DNA from: Eimeria praecox
Lineage: Eukaryota
NCBI GenBank assembly: GCA_963920595.1
Contig: OY986947.1
Location: forward strand, 4,836,001 to 4,900,000
Length of the DNA stretch: 64,000 nucleotides
Direction: 5' to 3'
The notes below the pieces were generated by a model. It ran no database searches and had not been told where the DNA came from. It was given only the letters and a program-made list of their open reading frames with translations. Made by a program: the position numbers and the translations under genes. Shown one piece after another: positions 52,956 through 64,000 of the stretch. The number at the start of each line of letters is the position of its first letter. Position 1 is the stretch's first letter.

Positions 52956-55603
52956 TCAGCCCGTAGTGTTTACCGCCTCCAGCCATGCCTCTGAATCGAA
53001 CTCGTCCTCCTCTGCATACTCCGGCAAAATGCCTCTGAGGGAAGGCAGCAAGACAACAGCAAATGAGACAACGGTGATGAGCAAGCCACGAACCCGGGGG
53101 GCCGAAGTCAGCGTTAAGGTCCCAACCCCCGACGCATTCGGCTGATAATGTGCACTACGGATATATATGTTGGCACTGAAGGACAAATGCTACTCCCGAA
53201 AAAAGAGGTGTAAACCCTCGCACACAACGGAGCATGTCATCACGCACGCAAGCCACTTACGGAAGGAAATAACAAGACATCGTGGGCAAACATGAATAGA
53301 AAGGGAAGTCAGGCAGCCAGGGATTGCCACAAAAGGGCAGGCAAGCACGAATACAAGAAAATTCAAATGCACGCATTCCTAGAAGCATATATGTGCAAAA
53401 GCAAGAACTGGGGAGAGGTATGCCGAAGGAAGCCAGAGGCCAGGAATAGAATGCAGGCAGCACAAGGCTGAGTGACGGAGAGAACCGGGAAAGGAAACCG
53501 CCCAACTTTAATAACCAGGTCACTATGAAGGAAAGAAGTCAGCAAACCAACGCTGAGACAGCAGCCGACGCCTCTTACCTGATCCTACACTTGGCCTTCA
53601 AATCCATAACCTCCGCCGTCAGCGGTCCCAGCGCCTCTATAATGGAAGCGTTGCTGTAGGAAAAGCATAGAAGAGCAAAGAGCCTGATCCCTCAACCCAG
53701 GAGGCACGGGACACTGTTTACAGGGGAGGCAGGCGAAGCGCCCACCAGAAAGCAATCAAAGACAGCAAGCAGCTGGTGCACATAGACAAGCACTTCAGTA
53801 ATAAATGTGCCAGCGTCAAGGGACACTGAGGCCAGCATGTGCCCCCAAGTGAGATGTAATAAGAACGCTGCAGGATAAAATAGCCGCTGTGAACTTCACG
53901 AGGGGAGGGGAACTGCGCAATGCTGAATTTCGATATCAACCAGGGCAGTAAACCGTATAACGAATAAAAGAAAACACAACATGCCACCAGAGCAGACAAG
54001 GCAAATTTGCATATTGCTGCTGCTACTTTTGCTGTTGCTTTTGCGGTGGTTTTCGTTATTTAACGCTATATGGACTTTCGCACTTGTTTTTATACTGCTG
54101 GGCCGTCTGTTCCAGCTGCTTGAGGGTGCCTGAGGCCTCTACCTGCAGCGCACATGGGCAATGAATAGGCAAAGGCCTAAACCCGAGGGGCAAAGAACAC
54201 AAAGAGGGGGGAAGGGGACACAAAAAAGAGGCGCCCCCTCACCTGCTGCACCTTCCGAGTCTTGCATATGGAGTTCTCCTCTTCGGTGCGGCGCTTCGTT
54301 GCAGCGGTAAGCCTGCAAAAACGTTTCAGACAGTCGAGAGGCATACGCAGCGACAAAAACTAAATTGAGGCAGAAACAAGGGAAGATACAACCGACACAG
54401 AAGGGGCACGAAGAACAGACGGGCCCCGAGCAGGAGGCGGACTAGCGCATAGGCAAAACAGCAAGGGTAGGAAAGAAAGAGAAACAGAAAAGGCAAAGCG
54501 AGGAAAATAATAAAGCCAAAGGGCCGACAACACGGAAACGGAAGCCGCAGAAGAAAGATGAAGGCGAAAAAGGACGCAACGGCGAACAGGTAACAACGCA
54601 AGCACAAGCAGCACCAAAAACTAAGACACAAGGACCAAGGAAGCAGCAGCAGGGATAGCAGAAGGGAAAGGAAGCAGCAGCAGGCAGAAGCAAAGATATC
54701 CAGAGGTTTCTGAATCACGCCGCAGGGGCGAACCTGTCTTTGGTCTGCGTGAGATTTGTGAGGTGCCGCTGCCAAGAGGCAGCTGCGTGAGCGTTCATGA
54801 GTTCAAGGTTTATGTGGGCAGTTGCTGCATGCTGTAGCAGCTGCTGACATGTGGTAACCGTCTTCTCCCACGCCTTTACGTCCGTAGCCTTCGAGCCCGA
54901 AGGCACAGAGAATGAAGTGTATTTGCTCATGTCCAACTCGGGGATCGGATCCCCTAAAACATGCACAGAGGCACCAAAAGACCACCTTGTATTACATATT
55001 TGCAAGAAGGTCTGCGAATATATTCATACAGCTATGTATACAGACTATGTTCAATGCATATATGTATATAACAAAAGCCAGGTGCAGACAATAAAACTTG
55101 GCAGAGGTCACAAGGCAGTTGGCACCGCAGCCTTGCAAGCAAAGATAAGGAAGGACACCTGAACACGGGCTACAGGTCTCTGATGCAGGTTCCAAGTAAT
55201 ATACGATTAACTCATGAAAGCTGAGAGAAGCCTAACCCTTTGCCTTTCTGGCCATTTCTTTGCCTAGCATTGTCTCTACATCATCCAAGACCGGGGTTTG
55301 GGGGAGGGGGAGATCGCTGAGGTAGTCGGGGAGCTTGTCGGGGCCCCCAGATTCTCGTGCTATTGCCGCCATTTCCTGTTGCAGCAGCTGCTGCACTTGC
55401 TGCTGCTGCTCAGTTGGCAGCGGATCAACGTATGGAAGGGCATCCAAGACCATTGCATGCGGCAGGCGATCTGTCAGATAGAACTCAGCAGGAGCCGAAT
55501 CCGAGCTAGGCGGCACCTCGCGAAGGGCTCCGTTCACCGGCATTATGGCCTGGGGAGCCGCTGAAGGGGGCCCCCCATTCATGGAGTCGCTAGAGTCTGC
55601 CAT
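52956..55603 (-). CDS. BCAS2: Pre-mRNA splicing factor SPF27/BCAS2 family protein, 6 exons, ~289 aa
   Basis: Exons 55603-55237, 54953-54734, 54312-54243, 54142-54084, 53653-53579 and 53034-52956, all GT-AG and phase-consistent (870 nt). Motifs: LDALPYVD, LDMSKY, AW...QLLQH...NLELM..H...W, N..RKVQQ. Confidence 0.88.
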
Positions 55604-56067
55604 AAGACTGCTGCTGCTGTGGCGGATGCTGCTGCTGCTGTGGCTGCTGCTGTGGCTGCTGCCGCCGCGAATCTGGCAGCAGTATGCGCAGGCCAACTAA
55701 CAAAATCGCCTGCGTTATTCTTTGATTATTTAAATGCAAGGGTTCAAGTCGTCGTGGCTGCGTGCCTATTGATGGAAGGCTGAGCCTAACTGAGGCCCTT
55801 GCATGCATTCAAGTGTGTCGGATCCAACTTTCTGAGCACAAAGCAGCTGATTATTGAGTTTGAAATTGTTAATTTCCCAGTATGGTACTCTGTACCTCCT
55901 GCAACTAGGGCTGGGGCCTCTAGGGCTTAGGATGAAATGTGGCCACATTGCATGCGCGAGCATTCTGCATGCGCTGCCACTCTTTGCAGCATATCTTCTT
56001 TTTGGGTGCCATTAAGATAAATCCAGGCAGAACAAGTGTCAGGGAAGCAAAGAGATTGGTTCCTCTC

Positions 56068-56115
56068 AGGGTTTAGGGTTTATTGCTCTATTTTAGGGGC
56101 AATGTTTAGGGTTTA
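56068..56115. repeat. Interstitial telomere-like (TTTAGGG) heptamers
   Basis: AGGGTTTAGGGTTTA, TTTTAGGGG and GTTTAGGGTTTA. Confidence 0.7.
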
Positions 56116-56759
56116 CTCGAGGGGCTGCGCATGAGTGTATAGGCATTGCAGTCCAGTACCGCTACATCCAGCAGCAACGAAGTACTCTCAGAGGCCCATG
56201 CTGACCTCTGAATCAGTTCAGTAACGCATTTCCTCCCCAGAGCTTACGAATGCAAAGGAAACGTAGGGAATGTGGGAACCCTGTGTAGCCCAGCCGGGCA
56301 CAGTCACCTTCAGCCTTCAGACGTAAACGTGCGTGCAGCTAAATATCATTCATAAACAATATTGAAGGAGTTATGGCCGCGAGAGACAAGGGGCCACTCT
56401 AAGAGTTTGTGTCACACTCGGCCACCCTGGTGTTCCCCCCGTTGGGGCCCAGCGGGGCCTCAGCGCCGCTGTCTTTGCAGCATGAATTTAGCCCATACAT
56501 TCAATTAGCATGTCCCTCGTATTTCTTGAGTTCCTCAGAGTGGAATAGGAATGGCTAAGCTAGCGATGACGGTTCACCTCGACGTGTGACACAAGAGCTG
56601 GGCTTAGTGCATCTCAAGTCACCCTGTTGCCAGCTCTCCACTCTGACGAAGCGGGCTGTTGAACAGCTGAATGATGAATATGGGGAGCTTCACAAAGACT
56701 CAACAGGGGCCTTGGTACTATTCACGAGGCACTGCCTGGAAGCCGTTAGTGAGTTGCAC

Positions 56760-56822
56760 GCCCTGAACTCCCTAAACCCTAGCAGCACTTAACACCTTAA
56801 ACCCTAACAGTATAAACCTTAG
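56760..56822. repeat. Degenerate telomere-like (AAACCCT) heptamers
   Basis: CCCTAAACCCTAG...CCTTAAACCCTAAC...TAAACCTTAG. Confidence 0.65.
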
Positions 56823-57425
56823 CAGTAACACGAACGCCCTACACTTTACCAATCTCAACACATTGGACGGCAGAGACCCAGGAATGAAGAGGAAAAAGAA
56901 AATCAAAACGGAAGGAATGTAAGGACCAGCAGCGTACACAGTAAGGGGGGGAGCACGGGGAGTCCCAAAGATGCCCGATGAGGCCCTAAACAGCTGCTAA
57001 GCCACCAGCGAGGCGATGCAGTATACAAGCCCCGGATGCAGGACGAAACACACGAAGAAATGCAAATACAAATAGATATGAATGCAGTCAAGGCAATTTT
57101 CAGCTCTTGAATCCTGTAAAGGCATCAAGAGGGGCTGCCACGGTACCCTTCATCGTTGCTCAGATTTATTTCAAGCAGCCAGTTGAACCGACAGTACTCA
57201 CCAAGTGCATGCGTGCTGTTGCTAGTGTTACTGCGGGGAGAGGGGAAGGCGGGTACAACAGCGGCAGCTGCAAGCCGAGCAGCAGCAGCAACTGCGCCGC
57301 AGGGCCCAGCCCAGACAGAAACAGCAGTGAAAAAAGGACAGAAACGCTGCAGCAACAAAGGACGAAGCAGCAATGGCACTGCTGCTGCTGAACAGCAGAG
57401 CACACCGGCCGCAAGAGTCTTCCTT

Positions 57426-59297
57426 TCAGTTGCCGATCATACAGTCTCGGTAGCCCTGCGTCTTTGGCAGCTTCCTGTCGCTATGAGGCCTTAAAAAGGT
57501 ACTGCTGCTACCTCTCATATTCGTGCAGCTTCTGCCGCCCGTGGAACGTATCAGCCGCCCGCTACTGCTGGTGCTGCAATAGCGCATTTGCTGCTGCCTC
57601 TGGCGTATGCTGCTGCTGCTGCCGCTGGCGTAGGCTCTTTGCTGACCAGCACAGCTGTTGGAGTTGCTAGCGTTACTGTCATTCCCCTCCAACGCGCTTA
57701 AACGTGATGCGGTTTGGGGGGGTCTACCAAGTTGCTGCTGTTGCTGCTGCTGAGATGTGCTGGGGTTCTTTTCCCTGTTGGGCTCTCTGCCACAGCATCT
57801 TTGACTGCTCATTCCCCTCTTGCCGATATAGTTAACTGCGGCGATGTGTCTGCTGTTGCTGTTACGGTTGTAGCTGCAGCGGTAGCTGGTTGACTCGCAG
57901 CAGGTGCTACAGGTCTTTTCTGCTGAAGCAGCATGACCTACGGGAGCACCTAGTGAGCAGCAGCTGCCACGAGCATGTCGACCCCTAGTGTATCTTTCTA
58001 TTGCTGGAAAGGTGAGGTCCCTGTGGAAGACAGACTGACCGGAAGTGGTTGTGGCTATCTTGGTTGCTGCTGTCGTTCTGCCTTGTGCTGCTGCTGCGGT
58101 GGCTGCTGGCATACGTGCTGATCTCGCTGTTGCTCCTGCTCCTGCTGCCTCATCACCCACACGCTGCCAACTCGGCGGCAAGCTGCTGCTGATGCTTTTC
58201 GCGAAGCCAGTTATGCTCCCTCTTGCGCTGCTGCTCCCGCAACTATCAGTGATGTTGCTGCTGCTCTTGTTGATGACGGTGCTACGAACGACCCTGAGCC
58301 GACGGCCTCCGAGCCCCTGAAAGGCCGGGCTTGAATCAACGGCTACCGGCGGAGTGTGTTGCCCCTCCTGTTGCATCCGCAGCAGCAACAGTTGCTGCTG
58401 GTCCCTTAGTTTCTTTAGAGCTCCTTGCAATTGCAGCTGCCTCCCCCTCTGCTCTGCTGCCGCTGCATGCAGCGTTTGTGACACTGCTGCTGCTGCAGTT
58501 GGGGGGTTGAGGCAGCTGATGTTTGTAACGAAATCCGAGGCAGAAGTAGCGGCACTTGTTGCAGCTGCTTCTTCTCCTGTTGCTGCGTTATCAAATAGCG
58601 CTGCTGACGGTAGGCGCCCCTGCCCGCTTCTCTGAATATTAAGAGCGGTAGCTGATGCAACAAGGCCCTCAGGGGAAACAGATTTGCCAGCAGCAGTAGC
58701 AGCAGCAGGAACCTCTCGTGCTTCAGAGCATTCGTGTCTCCTGCATGCTGAGCGACTTCCTTCTGAACTACTAGGGCTCTCGTGCCTTCTCCATTCGGGC
58801 GAGGGCCTGGCAGCTTTGCTGCTTTCCAGATAGTCATTGGATCCCTTGCTGCATCTCCTGCTGCACCTCCTGCTGCAGCAGCTGCTGCTTCTGCTGCTGG
58901 GAGTCCATCCGCCGGAGGCACTACGCTCTCTGCTTTTGGCATCAGGCAAAAGCACTTGCTTTGCCTTCTTAACGGAAGCAGGGGCAACATGACCGGGAGC
59001 AGAGCCTGCAGCATCTTCTGCTGCACTGTAGGCTGCTGGTGTTGATGATACTAGCCTGGGTGCTTGGTAAAGTGTGCCGATAACCTTATGATTGCTGCTG
59101 CACATGCAATCGCTCCTGCAGCAAGTGCTTCCCCCCTTTACCTCCGCTGCACCGTCCCCCCGTTTCGCCTCCGTTTGGTAATCCTGTAAGCAGCCTCTAA
59201 GGACGCTTCTGCCTGCCACTTTGTCTGTTGCTGCTGCTGCAATAGCAGCACGTTGCTGCTGCTGCAAATGAGCAGCAAGGGCTCCTGCAAACAGCAA
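57426..59297 (-). CDS. Low-complexity (Ala/Ser/Gln-rich) hypothetical protein; probably a large exon of a spliced gene spanning ~56.6-59.7 kb
   Basis: 1.87-kb stop-free frame with CAG-derived homopolymer runs and no in-frame ATG at its start. Small candidate exons lie upstream (DPWETARAFLQQVDPSGCTVRRI near 59450-59520). No recognisable domain. Confidence 0.55.
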   Translation of the reverse strand: MLFAGALAAHLQQQQRAAIAAAATDKVAGRSVLRGCLQDYQTEAKRGDGAAEVKGGSTCCRSDCMCSSNHKVIGTLYQAPRLVSSTPAAYSAAEDAAGSAPGHVAPASVKKAKQVLLPDAKSRERSASGGWTPSSRSSSCCSRRCSRRCSKGSNDYLESSKAARPSPEWRRHESPSSSEGSRSACRRHECSEAREVPAAATAAGKSVSPEGLVASATALNIQRSGQGRLPSAALFDNAATGEEAAATSAATSASDFVTNISCLNPPTAAAAVSQTLHAAAAEQRGRQLQLQGALKKLRDQQQLLLLRMQQEGQHTPPVAVDSSPAFQGLGGRRLRVVRSTVINKSSSNITDSCGSSSARGSITGFAKSISSSLPPSWQRVGDEAAGAGATARSARMPAATAAAAQGRTTAATKIATTTSGQSVFHRDLTFPAIERYTRGRHARGSCCSLGAPVGHAASAEKTCSTCCESTSYRCSYNRNSNSRHIAAVNYIGKRGMSSQRCCGREPNREKNPSTSQQQQQQQLGRPPQTASRLSALEGNDSNASNSNSCAGQQRAYASGSSSSIRQRQQQMRYCSTSSSGRLIRSTGGRSCTNMRGSSSTFLRPHSDRKLPKTQGYRDCMIGN

Positions 59298-59954
59298 CAG
59301 TTTTGCAAGGACTTGCGGTTTACTTGCTGGAGGGCAACATAATCGACAGCGCCCGCAGCAGCGTGCTCATGTGCAACAACAGCGGAAAGCTTGCAGCAAT
59401 TGTAGCAGCAGCAGCAACAACCAGCACAAACAGCTGCAGCGGAGAGCACCTATGCGACGAACAGTACACCCCGACGGGTCGACCTGCTGCAGGAAGGCTC
59501 TCGCAGTCTCCCAAGGATCAGCTGCTGCAGCACACGTCGACCACCACAAGAGAAGCAGCAGCAGCAAGCTATTCTCAGAGCGTCCTGCTCCGCTGAAGTA
59601 CCTGTTACTTAGGGAGCATCTTCGGGCGTTGTTCCTCATCTATCCTATCCTACTTCTCCCTTTAAAGCTGACCCCTTAAGTCAGCCAGCCTCGGCGTTTC
59701 TGTATCTCATGTTTCGTGTTCTATTCGCATGCACTCTGTCTACGATTCCGCCCATGTGTCTTTCCCTGCCCCAGTCCCTTGCAGCAACCCCCAGCCTCGC
59801 CTAGCAGCATGCAGTGTTGCCTTATGCCGCTGCCTGCCCCCCCCCTTGCGTTTTCGCTGTCGCTTTTTGGTGCTGAGTCTGTATCACGAGTTGTGTTCAA
59901 CATTCAGTTCAATGTTCAGTAATTGGGCGTGTGCCGCGCCTATCTACCTAGCGG

Positions 59955-60050
59955 CAAACCTTCTAATCCCTAAATTCTAAGAATACATCCTAAACCTCAA
60001 ACTCTAAACCTAAGCCGTAAACCTAACTAAAACCTAAAGCTCAAACCCTC
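59955..60050. repeat. Degenerate telomere-like heptamer tract in the divergent intergenic region
   Basis: TAATCCCTAAATTCTAAG...CCTAAACCTCAAACTCTAAACCTAAGCCGTAAACCTAACTAAAACCTAAAGCTCAAACCCT. Confidence 0.65.
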
Positions 60051-60988
60051 CGCCAGATATACCTCTGGCCAACAGAAGACAGCCAGGACGCAGAAGATCA
60101 GGAGGTGAAGCAGCAGGGCAACAAGGAAAGGAAACAAAAACTAAGAAGTAGCAAAGAGCGAGCCAGCAAGCCACTCACGCACAAACAGGAAACCGCAGTA
60201 AACGGCAGCAGTATGACAGGCTAAGACAGAGTAAGCAAACAGCCACAAAGGAAGGAGCACGCAGAGCAGCATCTCTGCAGGACTGACATGCATACACACA
60301 TCAGGAATGCGGCAGGAAGAAGAACATGCAGGCGATGAAGGCGTCAGGAAAGGATCCACAGAAGCAGAAAAAGTAGGAGACCCACACAGAGCAACAAAAG
60401 ACGGATGTGGAAGAGTGATAGATTATTATGAGTGCAGCAACTACTTGGGCAGCAGCAGAGAGTCTCCACACGCAATCCCAACACGACTGTCGTCACCAGC
60501 AGGAGCTCCGATGGAGCAAAAGCAGAACTGGCTGGCTTCGTTGCCGCTGTTGTTGCTGCTGTCGCTGCTGCTGCTACTGTTGTTGCTGCTGCTTCGTGTA
60601 AAGCGGCAGTCATCCTGACCCCCAAACGCAGCACACGACTTGCACACAGGCTGCTGCTACAGCGTCTTCTGCAGCAGCACAGAGCTGCAAGGTGCTGATC
60701 ACCGAAGCAACGGCACCATGAATCGGTACCCGGTGAGCTAAATGAATGGCAGCGACCTCAGCAGCGATTACGAGTACCCCAGGAGCACCGACACTGCTGT
60801 TGCTGCAGCTGCAGCTGCTGCTGCAGCAACAGCAGCACGGCATGCAACTGTCTAGCGCGTTTTTAATACGAACAAGCCTTGTAGCATCATCTAGAGCTCT
60901 CAGGAGTCAACATTATAGACACATCTACAGAAGATCTAAGGAGGCTTCAGGCCACAGCTGCTGTCATGTAGTGCTGCAGCAGCAGCAG

Positions 60989-61025
<37 letters not shown>

Positions 61026-61279
61026 ATGCAAGGTCACTGGTGTCAGTTCCTGCGCTTGTCGGAGCAATGTTTTCCCCGTCGGTCTTGTCTTCTCTCCTTC
61101 TTTCCTTGTAAAGTTTTAGTGGCTTTTACCAAACTTTGGTTACATTTGTACTCCTTCAGGACACAGGATCAGCAAAGTTATGCAGTGCATTTGACTTGCT
61201 GCAGCAGCTTCCTCCACACCGGTCAGCGGCAGGCAAGCAACAGCAGCAGCTGATTTTGGCGTGTTTATTTGACTTAATA

Positions 61280-63852
61280 ATGGCTTCTTCTGTTGTTAAG
61301 AACGGAAAGGCTGGGGATACTGACGATATGGCTACTGCTCCCACAGCCGACACATCTCCTGCCGCTGACGCTGCTGCTGCGGGCGACCTGAGCAGCAGCA
61401 ACAGCAGCAGCAGCAGCAGCAGCAGCGCGAGCAGCAACCGCAGCAACAGCACCAGTGTGCGCAGTAACACGAACTACGGAGTGGCTTTGGGGGCCATAGG
61501 CGCTGCGTTATCTGTAACGCTGCTGCAGTACTTACCGCGGCTGTTCTCTGCTGAGGGGCGTGCTGCTTTTCGTGCTGCGCTGCTGGAGGCTGGAGGAGGT
61601 GACTGGCTATTGGTTTGTTGCTGCACCCTCTTCTCTTTCGGGTGTATAGGCAGCATTCTTTACAACGCCCGCCTGGCCCACAACTGGAGGCTTGAACGCT
61701 TTCTTGTCGCGCTTGTCAGCCAGCAGCGCAGACAGCAACAGCATCAGCAGCAGCAGCTGCTGAAGGAGCAGCAGCACCACCACACGAGAGAGCCACAGAA
61801 ATGTGATGAGCAGAAGGAGCAACAGCAGGAAGGGCATGAACACGAGGAGGAGTGCTGCTGCAGCGACGAGGAGGAGGAGAAAATCGGCGTTTTGTTTGTC
61901 ACGGCCCATCCCGACGATGAATGCATGTTTTTCGCTCCTTCTTTGTCTCTCTTCGCATCCAAAAAAGAAAGATTCGAGGTGTTCTTGCTCTGTCTTTCCA
62001 CCGGTAGGCCCAAATCCTAAGCGCTGAGCAAACACTTCGCTCGGCCGCTGCTGCTTGTGCTGGTGCTACCTTTACTGGTTTCTCTTCTGCTGTAATTGTA
62101 TTGCCTGGGGTTGTTATGCTGTTGCTGCAGCTATTGCTGCGGCCTGACTGCCAGTGTGTAGGCTGCTGCTGCTGCAGCTGCAGCGGCAGCCCCAGCAGCA
62201 TTAGCAGCCATATCGGTAGCCGTTGTTGGGGTTCCTCGCAGTTGCATTGGCTTGCCATTGCTGCTGCTCCTACCGCTGTTGCTGCTGTCTTTGCTGCTGC
62301 AGGAGACTACGAGGGCCTGGGAGCCGAGCGTACAGCGGAGTTGTTTGCTGCAGCAGGGGCTTTCGGCATTCCTAAAGAGAATGTCTGCTGCTTAGATGAT
62401 AAGAACATGAAGGATGGATGGACTACATGGAGCAGCAAGACAGTGTGCGAGGCTGTGAAGCGCTTCCTTAAAGATAGGCCGCAACGGATACACTGCGTGA
62501 GCAGCTAGCTGCTGTATATTCTGTAGAATAACCTAACCTTCTTATTCGGGAGGAGGAGGCGTCTGTGTGTTTGTTGGCTGCTTAGCTCTGCATGCGCTGC
62601 TCCTACAAGCAAACAAAGGAAATTAGATATGCTCGAAATATCTGCGTCATGTTTATTGCAGATCTTCACTTTCGATGGTCGTGGGGTGTCTAGCCACCCA
62701 AACCACATCAGCGTCTATGAGGGACTCAGGTGAAAAACAGCAACAGCAGCAGGTGCTGCTGCAGCAGGTGGTACTGCAGCAGCAGGTGCTGCAGCAGCAG
62801 CGGCAATGCCAGTTGCAGCTCCAGAAGGAGCACCTGAGACAGGCTTTCTGTGTGTGTTTTCCTTCTTCAGATTGTTGAACGAGGAAGTTATAGAGGAATG
62901 CAAACGACAACATGAGCAGCAGATGGAGCAGCGTAAAGGGCAGGTTGAATTGCGCCGCCGTGATGATGGGCTTAAGGAGGAGCAGAAGAATGTGCAGCAG
63001 GAGAAGGAAGAAGAGCAGCAGCAAGAGCTGCACGCGCTGCCTTCTGTCTTCATCTTTTCCCTGCAAACACACGGCCTAATACGTAAATACTGTGGAGCTC
63101 TTAACCTTATACCGGCAACTGTCGAAGCCAACAACAAGGGCGTGTGCGCAGCTGCTGCTGCTGCTGTTGCTGCTACTGCTCCTACCGCTGTCGCTGCTGC
63201 TGCTGTTGCTGCTACTGCTCCTACCGCTGTCGCTGCTGCTGCTGTTGCTGCTACTGCTCCTACCACTGTCGCTGCTGCTGCTGTTGCTGTTGTTGCTTTG
63301 TCGTGCTGCCTGCCTATGTTGCTGCCGAAATGGCTGCTTCTGCTCGTTTCGCTGCCGCTGATTATGCTGCTGCCGCAGTTGTTGCTGACGGTCTTCCGCA
63401 GTTCTCCCGTTGCTTGCCGGTTTTGCTGTTTGCTGCTGCAGCAACAAATGCAGCAGCAAGCGTTTCAAACTTGTGGCTTTTTGTGCTCAGAGACGTTGCA
63501 GCCAGTCTTACGCCTTTCTCTGCGATTAGGTGTGTTGTTGGTGGTGCTGCTGCGCCTGCTGCTGTTGCTGCTGCTTTGTCGGTGGCTGCTGAGCATACTG
63601 CTGCCGAAGGGATTCATACTGCTTCTGCTTCTGTTATGAGCGGCCGCGTTTCGTGGGGCTTGCAGCTGCAGTTGTTTCTGCAGTAGCTGCTGCTGTTGCA
63701 GCCGCAGGAGCCGTTGCTGTTGCTGCCGCAGTAGCTACTGGTGCTGCAGCATTTGCTAGTGTATGGATTGCATGTGTTTTTGGCTCTAGGGGGCTGAGGT
63801 GTCATCGCTCGCAGCTCGTTTGGTTTCGCTGGCTTTTCGTCCTCTTCTCCAG
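61280..63852 (+). CDS. PIGL: N-acetylglucosaminyl-phosphatidylinositol de-N-acetylase (PIG-L/GPI12); last exon probably lies beyond the window
   Basis: Exons: 61280-62003 (VTAHPDDECMFFAP, LCLSTG), 62303-62496 (GDYEGLGAERTAEL), 62662-62729 (IFTFDGRGVSSHPNH), 62871-~63141 (LIRKY), ~63491-63529 (tentative) and 63790-63852 (HRSQLVWFRWLFVLFSR). The junction after 63141 is not phase-resolved. Confidence 0.92.
63154..63290 (+). repeat. 39-bp minisatellite (~3.5 copies) built from GCT-like triplets in a probable PIG-L intron
   Basis: GCTGCTGCTGCTGTTGCTGCTACTGCTCCTACCGCTGTC repeated. Confidence 0.8.
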
Positions 63853-64000
63853 GCAAGCCTTCACTATACACTTAGTATATATAGAAAACCCTGAAGCTGA
63901 GCAGGGCATGAGGCTTCTATAGTTCATTTCAAATTACGAGAGCTGCTTCGTAGCCATTGTTCGTGCTGCTGCTGTTGCTGCGTTGCTGCTGCCTCAGTTA

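Noticed and set aside
60300..64000. Many poly-L/poly-A/poly-C/poly-S ORFs on both strands
   Set aside because: They are alternative-frame readings of CAG/CTG repeats in UTRs, introns or antisense to PIG-L.

Overview
This is eukaryotic, intron-rich DNA of coccidian apicomplexan type (Eimeriidae, i.e. Eimeria/Cyclospora-like). That assignment is inferred from abundant CAG/CTG triplet runs, TGCATGCA octamers and interstitial AAACCCT heptamers. Bases 1-27.6 kb are a strand-asymmetric tandem array: 52 near-identical units of 430-432 or 503-507 bp, then three ~1-kb units, two 508-bp units and a partial unit. It lies directly downstream, on the minus strand, of an exon encoding a signal peptide, a transmembrane helix and an acidic segment (ATG at 28424). 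On the minus strand the units carry conserved AG-[12 nt]-GT cassettes that translate in phase 0 as KEEK/TEEK/AEEK/KEDK/EDQK/DLQR and PTEP/TAQP/PTKL. The apparent satellite may therefore be a giant micro-exon gene; this is the main hypothesis and needs transcript data. The right half holds spliced genes reconstructed by hand: an M20D amidohydrolase (8 exons, ends HDEDL), a GLYK/Tda10-type glycerate kinase, RPL10, SPF27/BCAS2, a low-complexity hypothetical protein and PIG-L (runs off the window). Three of these genes appear to use an AG|GCAAGC (GC-AG) donor.
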